Assembly (NCBI GenBank): GCA_040755455.1 | Contig: JBFMAY010000009.1 | Location: 56,959 to 97,053 of the forward strand | Origin: Thermodesulfobacteriota bacterium | GTDB lineage: Bacteria > Desulfobacterota > Desulfobulbia > Desulfobulbales > SURF-16 | Direction of reading: 5' to 3' | DNA length: 40,095 bases | Part shown: one piece after another, positions 17,765 through 26,097 of the stretch | How positions within the stretch are numbered: the first letter of the stretch is position 1 | Layout of the letters: each line of letters opens with the position of its first letter | The notes under the pieces: generated by a model | Told to the model about the DNA's origin: nothing | The model's input: the letters and a program-made list of their open reading frames with translations, nothing else | Database searches by the model: none | Made by a program: the position numbers and the translations under genes

Positions 17765-18133
17765 TTAATAAGCTTCCGGTTTCGGCATCGGCGGTTGCGT
17801 TCCCCCTGGAGGAGCACCAGGTTCTGGTGAAGGAGGTTGGACAGAACCACCGGGTGTATGAGGAACATCAGGTTTAGGGGTTACCGCAGGCGGAGGCGGT
17901 GGATCCGGTGGATCAACCGGATCCGGTGACGGCAGCGGCGCGGTTACTGCTAGCGGGGCAAGGGCAACAGGTCCGGCAGCGGGCGGTACCATTCTGTCCC
18001 AGTGTCCCCATTTGTAGGGGGACAATTCTTCGTCAACGTCTTTTTTGGCGCCTGCAAATGCAAGTGGATTTTGCATCAGCACGCAGGCTGATACTAAAAT
18101 TGCCGGGATCAAGTATTGTTTTTTTATTTTCAT
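17765..18133 (-). CDS. Small secreted proline-rich protein with a WGxW...PAAG motif
   Basis: Basic n-region and hydrophobic signal (possible VSAC lipobox or AFA SPase I site), then YKWGHWDRMVPPAAGP and a Pro-rich tail. Preceded by a sigma54 promoter. Confidence 0.8.
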   Translation of the reverse strand: MKIKKQYLIPAILVSACVLMQNPLAFAGAKKDVDEELSPYKWGHWDRMVPPAAGPVALAPLAVTAPLPSPDPVDPPDPPPPPAVTPKPDVPHTPGGSVQPPSPEPGAPPGGTQPPMPKPEAY

Positions 18134-18197
18134 TTTTTCACCTGATCAATTGAGATCAATCGGATTATGTGGTTCTCTTTATTTGTATTATATTATC

Positions 18198-18213
18198 AGC
18201 AAGAGTTGTGCCG
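18198..18213 (-). promoter_or_regulatory. Sigma54 (-24/-12) promoter
   Basis: Minus strand CGGCAC-AACTC-TTGCT matches YGGCAC-N5-TTGCW with exact spacing, about 65 nt upstream of ATG 18133. Confidence 0.72.
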
Positions 18214-18304
18214 TTTTTTCAGTTCTTTTATAACACCAATTACTTCAATAAGTTATATAATGTTATCGCTGTGTTTTAGTCTTGATAATCGGTATTAAAT
18301 CCAG

Positions 18305-18341
18305 TTTTGCGGACTTGTATTTCCGCAAAATCGGATTTGCG
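18305..18341. promoter_or_regulatory. Candidate enhancer (UAS) for a sigma54 activator
   Basis: Overlapping inverted repeats TTTTGCGGA-N8-TCCGCAAAA and CGCAAA-N6-TTTGCG, about 90-130 nt upstream of the -24 element. Confidence 0.5.
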
Positions 18342-18356
18342 CTTGGGCATAACTTG

Positions 18357-19685
18357 TTAAAACCTTCTCGAGAGGGTTATCATTGTTTCCGAACGGCTAT
18401 AGTCATAGGCTGCCAGATTCGAATCCGCACTGGTATGGATTACCTCTGCATTGAAATCCCAGTCAGTCAACCAACCAAAATCCTTAAAGGTGTGGATATA
18501 GCCCAGTTTATATTGTCTGTTGATCTCATCCCGCGGACTGTCCCAGCCCACCAGACCAGGAACCAGAGCGGCATCGTAGCGGCTTTCCGTCTGGATATAG
18601 CCGGCATGGAGGATGTTATGTTCCAGGAATTTCCAGCTGCCGGTGAGAAAGAAGCAGACGGCATCCTGACTGTAGGCATCATTCTCTGCGTTTTCATTAA
18701 TATATTGAATGCCTGTGAGAGCAGCCATTTTGCCATTGTAAAAAGTGTAGCCAACGGAAAGGCGCGGCGCGAGATAGACGCTGTCTCTCTCTTGATAGCC
18801 TTCTCTTGAGTAATCGTGTCTGGAGATAATGGCATCGACGGTCGACTCAAAACCGGAATCACCAAAATGCCATGTATAACTCGGCAGCAGGTAGCTGAAG
18901 ATTCCATACTTGTCACCACCCCAGAGGATGATATCCTCCTGCAGGGTAAGATTTGCTCGCCAGCTGCCGGTGGTTACCAGCGTAGGCCCGGTGCGAAGGC
19001 TCATGACGGACAGATCGTTTTCATCCTCATTAATATAGCCCTTGTGATAAATATTCGCTCCGCTCTGCCAGAGAAGGTTTGTCGGTTTTGTTCCCCAGTC
19101 ATAGCGTTTTCCCGTCTGATACGTGTGGTCAGCGCCGACAGAGAAGATCGTTCCTGAGTCACTCGTTTTTTCACCACCCGGGGTAACCGTATTGTCAGGA
19201 CCGACATTGACGTTTGTGTCATAAACATAGCCGAATTCAACAGGGAATTTCCATGTACTCTGACCTTGGCTTAAGCGGTCGGCGTCCTGCTTCACCTGGG
19301 CAAGAAATGCAAGGATTGAAACCCTTACATTGGGCGGTGTCTCAGGATCATTTAAAACAAACTCCGCCTCTTTGACCGCTTCTTCAAATTTATATGTTTG
19401 ATAGTAGGCAACAGCCATTTCAAGACGGGCTCTGTGCAATTTCGGCTGAGTGCTGAGAATGGATTGAAAATCCTCAATTGCCGAGTAAATATTGCCGGAT
19501 TCCCGTTTTTCCATGGCCTGGCGGAAGAGATCTTCCATCTGCTGCCGAAACTGTTCGTCTGTCAAGGTGGCGGGAGTCTCTTGGGCAAGGAGCATAAACG
19601 GCGTAGCAATACTCAAGACTGAGGTTAATGATAGAATTGTCGTAAAGGCCTTTAAGCTTTTTCGTTTGCCAAATTTGTCCGTCAT
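18357..19685 (-). CDS. TPR + outer-membrane beta-barrel protein (Slam/DUF560/T11SS-like)
   Basis: Signal peptide, TPR pair ending RARLEMA...PPNVR..I..FL, barrel starting GYVYDTNVNVGP, alternating amphipathic strands and C-terminal Phe. GGGAGG SD. Confidence 0.75.
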   Translation of the reverse strand: MTDKFGKRKSLKAFTTILSLTSVLSIATPFMLLAQETPATLTDEQFRQQMEDLFRQAMEKRESGNIYSAIEDFQSILSTQPKLHRARLEMAVAYYQTYKFEEAVKEAEFVLNDPETPPNVRVSILAFLAQVKQDADRLSQGQSTWKFPVEFGYVYDTNVNVGPDNTVTPGGEKTSDSGTIFSVGADHTYQTGKRYDWGTKPTNLLWQSGANIYHKGYINEDENDLSVMSLRTGPTLVTTGSWRANLTLQEDIILWGGDKYGIFSYLLPSYTWHFGDSGFESTVDAIISRHDYSREGYQERDSVYLAPRLSVGYTFYNGKMAALTGIQYINENAENDAYSQDAVCFFLTGSWKFLEHNILHAGYIQTESRYDAALVPGLVGWDSPRDEINRQYKLGYIHTFKDFGWLTDWDFNAEVIHTSADSNLAAYDYSRSETMITLSRRF

Positions 19686-19820
19686 CAGATCCTCCCACGA
19701 ATTATAAAGAAATTTTTCATTTCATGTTCGATTTTTTATTCAATTATAAATATCAAATAAATTCATTACTCTTTAAAGCAGTCGTGGATAAAAAGCAAGA
19801 ATATCTATCATCAATGACAA

Positions 19821-21887
19821 TTATGTCTGAGAAAAATCAATCTCATTTTCCACTGCATGGAAAAGCGCGGCAATCACATGCCGGTCATATCTGCTGTCCG
19901 CAACATTGAGTAATTGCGTCATGGCTTCCTTGTTGGTGAGGCAATCGCGGTATGCCCTTGGGCTCGTCATGGCGACGAAGGCGTTTGCTGCCGCAAGAAT
20001 GCGGGCAGTAAGTATTATTTCCTCTCCTGCCAGACCGTTGGGATAGCCGCTGCCATCAAGGTATTCATGTTTCTGCGAGATTGTCTCAAGAACTGGACCA
20101 TCAAAGTCTATGCCGGAAAGAATTTCAGCCGCTGACGCTGTTTCACTTTTCAAACAAGACTGTTCTGCCGGGGTCAGATCTCCGGTTTTAAGAAGAATCT
20201 CCTTGGGCACGGACAACTTGCCGAGATTGCAAAGGCTTGCTGCTATTTCAATCGTTGTCAGCTGTTCGCTTGATAACCCCATGGCCCGCCCGACAGCTGT
20301 TGCCACGGCTGCTGTTTTGGCGGAGTGGTTGGCCGAGTATGGGTCATGCAGATCAATGGCCCGCATGAGGGAGCCAACGATTTGCTTCATGAGCCGGTCT
20401 TTTTTACTTTGCGCCTCCTGCAGGAGGGTGACATCATTTAATGTGATAAGCAGCGAGTCTTTTCCTTTGCATTCATAGGCGACCGGCAGGCAGGTTGCAA
20501 AAAAGAGATGATGTTTCCCTTTGATATCAAATGAAATTTCCTTGGTGATAATTTTGCGCAGCGAGGCCGCGCTGGTGACGATTTCCTGCAATTTTGTGGC
20601 GGCATCCGGCCCGAAGATATTTGACAAACTTTTTTCCTGCATATCAGTCACGGGTGTTTGCAGATGTTCGGCCAGGGTTTTATTGGCGAAAATGAGATAT
20701 GACTCGGAGTCGAGAAGCAAAATAATTTCGGTCATATTGTCGTTGATGGCATTGAGGACATTGGTCTGCGCCTCAAGCTGGCGTGATTTTATCAGCAGAT
20801 CATGGGCAGCCTGCCGTTCTTTGATGGAGCTGCCGTACCACCAGGCTGCAACCATCAGGGCTGAACAGAGCAGCAACGCCATCAGCAGTGAAACGAGGAG
20901 GAAGCGCTGATGGCTCTGTGATTCTGCCAGAGCCTCTGCATAGGATATTTTTTGGATGAGAGTCATATGCACGGCAGGCAGTATTCTGCTGGTAAATAGG
21001 CTTTTCGCGCTCGCATAGTCGATACCCAGGCTGAATTGGCCGGGATTACGCAGGGCAAATGCTGCTACCAGATCCTCTGTATTGGCGGCAAGTTTGAGGG
21101 TCAAAGGGGGTGTCCCGTCCGCCAGAGGAGAGACATAAGTAATCAGGTTGCCGTCCTGGCGGACCAGATACGTTTCAGCAGTTTTTGTTGCCAGGCTTTT
21201 TGTCGCAAGAAGGGGAAACAGCGAGGTCGCAGCATTGTTATATCCATAAAGGACGGCAATGGGCCGCTGGGTATCGCTTTGTTTTTGCAGTGCAAAAACA
21301 GGAACGAGAAAGCCTGCGACAGGTTGTTTGTTTTCATTGAGCTGGATGCCCAAGAAAAGATGTTTTCCGGAAATAATGACCTTTTCAACCGCCTCCTGAA
21401 GCGTGGCATCAGGGGTGGCAAAACCAGGCGTTGAGGTAATGATCTGCTGGTCAGCGGCCAGAATGGCTAAACCGTTATTGGCGTGGAAGGCAATATTGGC
21501 CGGAGCAGGCATGTTGGTTTTCGGATCATCATAAAAGCCTGATCGCTGGCCTGTGGTCTGGATAAGGTTCCGCAGATAGGAAAGCTCGACAGCTTCTGTA
21601 TCCCGGCGGGGCTCGGGGTTGATAAGAAGCTGTTCCACATAGAGCTGCAAGGAGCCATTGGCTGCCAGTTCCTGTAACACGGCAAACCTGCCGTCCACCC
21701 ATTTCATGATCTCAGCGGAGCGGCTGTCGGCAACCACAGAGAGGGTAATCTGCCAGTTGTTAAGGTCTCTTTGCCGTTCGTACCTTGTCAAAGAGAAGAC
21801 CGAGAGGACTCCGGCTGTTATAACAACAATCAGGATGGCGGCACTGATCAGAAAAGGTTTTGTTCTCATTTTGTCATCTGTCATCAT
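19821..21887 (-). CDS. Membrane protein with periplasmic Cache-like domain, PAS and degenerate HD-GYP domain (LapD/DvhD-like c-di-GMP receptor candidate)
   Basis: Two TM helices flank a large periplasmic region, followed by PAS (LIFAN) and HDPYSANHS...LCNLGK...KHEYLDGSGYP...ANAFVAMTSPRAYR. Start among ATGs 21887, 21884 and 21869. Confidence 0.85.
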   Translation of the reverse strand: MMTDDKMRTKPFLISAAILIVVITAGVLSVFSLTRYERQRDLNNWQITLSVVADSRSAEIMKWVDGRFAVLQELAANGSLQLYVEQLLINPEPRRDTEAVELSYLRNLIQTTGQRSGFYDDPKTNMPAPANIAFHANNGLAILAADQQIITSTPGFATPDATLQEAVEKVIISGKHLFLGIQLNENKQPVAGFLVPVFALQKQSDTQRPIAVLYGYNNAATSLFPLLATKSLATKTAETYLVRQDGNLITYVSPLADGTPPLTLKLAANTEDLVAAFALRNPGQFSLGIDYASAKSLFTSRILPAVHMTLIQKISYAEALAESQSHQRFLLVSLLMALLLCSALMVAAWWYGSSIKERQAAHDLLIKSRQLEAQTNVLNAINDNMTEIILLLDSESYLIFANKTLAEHLQTPVTDMQEKSLSNIFGPDAATKLQEIVTSAASLRKIITKEISFDIKGKHHLFFATCLPVAYECKGKDSLLITLNDVTLLQEAQSKKDRLMKQIVGSLMRAIDLHDPYSANHSAKTAAVATAVGRAMGLSSEQLTTIEIAASLCNLGKLSVPKEILLKTGDLTPAEQSCLKSETASAAEILSGIDFDGPVLETISQKHEYLDGSGYPNGLAGEEIILTARILAAANAFVAMTSPRAYRDCLTNKEAMTQLLNVADSRYDRHVIAALFHAVENEIDFSQT

Positions 21888-21889
21888 AT

Positions 21890-22540
21890 TTACAATTTGG
21901 GGAGATGCAACCACCACTTTTTCTCATTGACTGAGTACAGGGGGAGATAATGGGCTATAGTCTTATGGGAGACCACCCTTTGCGTCTGATTATCAAGAAT
22001 GAGGATGTCGTTGTTATAAGAAACAGCCAGCACCGCATGGGCAATGCGCAGGTTCGCATCCTGCAGAATGACGATGCGCAGATTGTCCATATCAAAGCCG
22101 AGCCAGCGCAGGGAGAAAAATTTGGTGATGGCATAGTCCTCGCAATCGCCGCTATTATAGAGAAATTCTCTGGCAATGGCCCAGTAATCTTCCCTGCCGT
22201 AATTTGCCATATCCAAAATGTAATTTTTTTTATTGGCGTACAGGTTTACCGCATTGATCTGCTCAAGAAGCGGTTTCGTTTTTATTGTTTCAAGGAAATT
22301 TATCCAGTTTTTTAAATGGCAGCGATTGAAAAAGGTGTCTGAACAGTTTCCTTCAGGCACATCCTGGGTAACATGACGTTCCAGTACGGAAAGCCACTGG
22401 GGAAGATAATCCAAACTTTGCTGCGGTTCGGCGGAATAGCCGAAAAGATTGGCAAAATCAGTTGAAGCTGATGATATGACAGGAGGAAAAAGAAATGAGA
22501 GCAGCAAGAGATATTGCAGTACCGTTTTTCTCGTTTTCAA
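21890..22540 (-). CDS. LapG-like periplasmic transglutaminase-like cysteine proteinase (BTLCP)
   Basis: Signal peptide, D...YG.EDYWA, and an intact Cys-His-Asp triad in GDCEDYAITK, AHAVL and LILDN, ending PLYSVN. Confidence 0.92.
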   Translation of the reverse strand: MKTRKTVLQYLLLLSFLFPPVISSASTDFANLFGYSAEPQQSLDYLPQWLSVLERHVTQDVPEGNCSDTFFNRCHLKNWINFLETIKTKPLLEQINAVNLYANKKNYILDMANYGREDYWAIAREFLYNSGDCEDYAITKFFSLRWLGFDMDNLRIVILQDANLRIAHAVLAVSYNNDILILDNQTQRVVSHKTIAHYLPLYSVNEKKWWLHLPKL

Positions 22541-22630
22541 AAGGAATTCCCTGAGTCAAAAGAGGTGAGAGAAAAGAGATTTTAACAATTACATCGAATG
22601 GTCTGTTTTTTGTCAAGGGAAAATAAGGTG

Positions 22631-24295
22631 TTAGGGAAGAGGCAGGGTAAAAGAAAAGACCGCGCCTCCCTCTTTTGGGTTATTTTCCACCCACACCTGG
22701 CCGCCGTGGCTTTCCACAAGCTGCCGGACAATAGCCAGCCCCAGCCCTGTCCCGTTTTCCCGGGTCGTGAAAAAGGGCTCAAATATCTGGTCGATGAATT
22801 TTTCCGCGATGCCGGGCCCGTTATCCATTACCTGCAACCGTGTTTTTTCCTGGCCGTCCTCCGTTATTTCAGAGGCTGAAACGGTGATGGTTCCACCGGT
22901 CTGATCCATGGCATTTCTGGCGTTTTCCATCAGATTGAGAATCATCTGTTTTACCTGCCGCGCATCTGCCCAGCAATCGAGGTTCGCTGGGATGACGGTT
23001 TTGACGGTAAAACGTTCATCCCAATTGCGGCCTTGAGTGAGCAAATCACAACTTTCCTGAACAACTCCCAGGATGGAAAGCCAGGATTTTTCCGGTGTGG
23101 CTGGTTTGGAAAACTCCAGGAACTGACTGATGGTTTCTTCCAGGCGATCACATTCTCTGACAATGATGTTCATGAGACTTCTTGTGGGGGTAGCCGGCTC
23201 AAAGTCATTTTCAAGAACCTGAGCAGCTCCGGAGATTGCAGCCAGTGGGTTGCGGAATTCATGGGCGATACCAGCTGCCATTTCGCCGATTGCCGCCATT
23301 TTTTCAGCCTGTCGCACCTTTTCCTCCATTTTTTTGATAATGCTGAGATCCTGCATGGTGTAAACCCTGGAGTTTTCCGAGTCGCCCGGCATGTTAAGCC
23401 TGGTCCATGAGTAACCCACTGGAATTTTTTCTCCCCCTTTTTTTTTCAGATAGGTCATGGGACGAATCGAGTCTGTGGTGGTGGTGCTGAGTTCGGGGAA
23501 GACTTTCTCGATTTTTCTACCCAGCACATCAATAGCCCCATAGCCTGTGATAATGCCGGCAGACCGGTTAAAGGAGGATATGCGTCCTTGAGAATCAACA
23601 GTGATGATGCCGGTTGAAATATCATCAAAGATCTGTTTGTAAAGCAGGGCCAGCCGGTCAAGGTCCTGGGACGTTTTGGAGAGTTCGGCTTCAGCCCTGT
23701 GCAGCCGTTCGGAGAGAATGGAGCTTAATGCCGCCACGAGAAAAAAAGTGAGGCCACGTATGGAGAAGGAATGCATAGCCACATGGATACTGGTCAGCGG
23801 CGTAATTCCCATATGCAGCAGGGTGGGCATATGCATCCAAAATTCTGCCGCCAGGATTGCTGCATAGGAAAAGGTTGATAAAGCGGCCAGCAGCAGGGCG
23901 CCTCGGCGGAAGAGCAGAATGGCGCTGCTGATGATGGGAAAGAAGTAAATAATGGTGAATATGGACTGGCTGCCGCCGGTGAAAAAAACAAGACAGCTGG
24001 TGATGAGACAGTCGGTGATGATTTGCAGATAGGCAAAACGCCGGTAACAGGTGATAATCTTCAGGAACAGGGCTGAGAATATGGTAAAGAGATAGGTGCC
24101 GACGATGAAGAAAGCAATGTAGATGAGCGGGGGGATGATAATTTCATGCTCCTTGGTTTGCAGAAGCATGCTGATGCCCAGGAGAATGGTCAGGACAACC
24201 ACCCGTAGAAAAAGAATCCATTGTATCTGGTTTTTTAAATAATAATCACCAGGAGTTACGGACCGGTGAGCAGGGCACAGCTTGTCAAATATCAT
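22631..24295 (-). CDS. PilS-like multi-TM PAS sensor histidine kinase
   Basis: About 6 TM helices with TGGSQSIF, PAS domain, H-box IAHEFRNPL, then N-box, DNGPG and GTGLGL. Start ATG 24295 (alternative TTG 24310). Confidence 0.88.
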   Translation of the reverse strand: MIFDKLCPAHRSVTPGDYYLKNQIQWILFLRVVVLTILLGISMLLQTKEHEIIIPPLIYIAFFIVGTYLFTIFSALFLKIITCYRRFAYLQIITDCLITSCLVFFTGGSQSIFTIIYFFPIISSAILLFRRGALLLAALSTFSYAAILAAEFWMHMPTLLHMGITPLTSIHVAMHSFSIRGLTFFLVAALSSILSERLHRAEAELSKTSQDLDRLALLYKQIFDDISTGIITVDSQGRISSFNRSAGIITGYGAIDVLGRKIEKVFPELSTTTTDSIRPMTYLKKKGGEKIPVGYSWTRLNMPGDSENSRVYTMQDLSIIKKMEEKVRQAEKMAAIGEMAAGIAHEFRNPLAAISGAAQVLENDFEPATPTRSLMNIIVRECDRLEETISQFLEFSKPATPEKSWLSILGVVQESCDLLTQGRNWDERFTVKTVIPANLDCWADARQVKQMILNLMENARNAMDQTGGTITVSASEITEDGQEKTRLQVMDNGPGIAEKFIDQIFEPFFTTRENGTGLGLAIVRQLVESHGGQVWVENNPKEGGAVFSFTLPLP

Positions 24296-24399
24296 AGTGA
24301 ATAATCCCAATGACCATCATGTAAAAATTGTCCGTTACGGGAAAATGCATTGAATCGGGCTTCTCTTTTTGTCTCTGCACATGAAATAGAGGGGGAAAA

Positions 24400-25779
24400 T
24401 CAGAGAATATCGTACTTTTTGACTTTGTAGCGCATGGAACGGAAACTGATTTTCAGCAGTTCGGCCGCTTTCATTTTTGAGTTGTCCGCTTTTTTCAGAG
24501 CGAGCTCGATCATTTTTTTTTCGAATCTGCTCGTGACCCTTTCAAGGCCAAGATCATAGAGTTCCTCTTCGCTTGTCATGGTGAAAATTGCCTTGTCAGA
24601 CTTCTCCTGATCAGGTGCGGTTCGGCGCTGGGATGATAAGGTGAGGCTTTCGGGCAGAATGATATTTGAGGTAGAAAGGGCGACGCCTCTTTCAATGATA
24701 TTTTCCAGCTCTCTGACATTGCCGGGAAAATCATAGTTCATGAGAACCTCCATGGCATATGATGAGAGCTGTGGTGCCTCCTTTTCAAAGGTTTTTGAAT
24801 ATTTTTTCAGGAAATGATTAACCAGCAAGGGGACATCTCCCTTCCTCTCCCGTAAGGGCGGCATGCGGATAGGAACAACGGCCAGCCGGTAATAGAGATC
24901 CTCCCGGAAACGTTTTTCCAGAATTTCCTGTTCCAGATCGCGGTTGGTGGCTGAAATGATGCGCACATTTACCTTGATGGTTTTGGTGTCGCCGACCCTT
25001 TTAAATTCTCTTTCCTGAAGCACCCGGAGCAGTTTGGTCTGGATCAGGGGGGTAAGTTCGCCGATTTCATCTAAAAAAACACTGCCATTATTGGCCAGCT
25101 CAAAGAGCCCGATTTTGTTGGCGCTTGCTCCGGTGAATGACCCTTTCATATGGCCGAAGATTTCGCTTTCAAACAGGGACTCAGGAATGGCGTTGCAGGT
25201 GATGGGAACAAAATTGCTGTGGGCCATCCTGCTTTTCTGGTGGATTGCCTGGGCCACCAGCTCTTTTCCCGTGCCTGACTCCCCGATAATCAGCACGTTG
25301 GCATGGGTCGGGGCAATGCGATCAATCTGGTCAAATATATTTCGCATTTCCGGACTGTCACCAATGATGTTGGCATAATCCTGGCGGGACAAAGTAATGG
25401 ATTGGGTCGCATCACCGGTGTGGCCGGCAATGGCGGAAGTGATAATGGATTTTATTTCGCTAAGCTTGAAGGGCTTGGTGATGTAATCATAAGCGCCGTG
25501 TCTCATGGCCTGAACCGCGTCTTCGGGCGAGGCAAAGGCGGTAATCATGATAAACGGCAGTTCAGGATTCACCTTTTTAACGGCATCAAGCAGCTCAAGG
25601 CCGCCCATTCCTGGCATTCTGATATCGGAGATAACCAGATTAAACTCCTGCATTTCGATGGCTTTCAGGGCCTTTTCACCATCAGAAGCCGTAACAGCCT
25701 GGTAGCCCTCTTTCTCAAGAAGTATTTTCAGGAACTCCCGCATGCTGAGTTCGTCATCAACGACAAGTATAGTGGACAT
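24400..25779 (-). CDS. PilR-like sigma54-dependent response regulator (REC-AAA+-HTH)
   Basis: ILVVDDE, SDIRMP, GESGTGKE, GSFTGA, FLDEIGE, FREDLYYRL, PGNVRELEN and a Fis-like HTH (AAELLKISFRSMRYK). Confidence 0.9.
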   Translation of the reverse strand: MSTILVVDDELSMREFLKILLEKEGYQAVTASDGEKALKAIEMQEFNLVISDIRMPGMGGLELLDAVKKVNPELPFIMITAFASPEDAVQAMRHGAYDYITKPFKLSEIKSIITSAIAGHTGDATQSITLSRQDYANIIGDSPEMRNIFDQIDRIAPTHANVLIIGESGTGKELVAQAIHQKSRMAHSNFVPITCNAIPESLFESEIFGHMKGSFTGASANKIGLFELANNGSVFLDEIGELTPLIQTKLLRVLQEREFKRVGDTKTIKVNVRIISATNRDLEQEILEKRFREDLYYRLAVVPIRMPPLRERKGDVPLLVNHFLKKYSKTFEKEAPQLSSYAMEVLMNYDFPGNVRELENIIERGVALSTSNIILPESLTLSSQRRTAPDQEKSDKAIFTMTSEEELYDLGLERVTSRFEKKMIELALKKADNSKMKAAELLKISFRSMRYKVKKYDIL

Positions 25780-25896
25780 ATTTTACAAAAGGTAAATTTT
25801 ACGTTAAGAAGGAATTATCTATTAAAAGGTAGCAGTTTTTGCAGTGTCTTACAAGCCGGTCAAAGCAGCTTATCACTTTTATATGACGAAATTCAT

Positions 25897-26097
25897 ATGG
25901 CGAGAAATCTTATCATTTTCGGGATACTGCTTATTGTCATCGGCCTGTTGTGGCCTGTGTTAAGCAAGCTTCCTATGGGGCGTTTGCCTGGCGATATCGT
26001 GGTGCGCAGGGGAAATTTCAGTTTTTATTTCCCCGTCACCACCTCAGTAGTTATCAGCCTGCTGCTTTCCTTGCTCTTCTGGCTGCTGCGCAAGTAA
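25897..26097 (+). CDS. DUF2905 small membrane protein (66 aa)
   Basis: MARNLIIFG...GRLPGDI...NFSFYFPVTTS..IS..LS signature. The true start is ATG 25897 within the longer 25303 ORF. Confidence 0.88.
   Translation: MARNLIIFGILLIVIGLLWPVLSKLPMGRLPGDIVVRRGNFSFYFPVTTSVVISLLLSLLFWLLRK

Noticed and set aside
25303..25896. N-terminal part of the 264-aa plus-strand ORF
   Set aside because: It is antisense to the PilR-like gene. Only the last 66 codons (from ATG 25897) match a real family, DUF2905.
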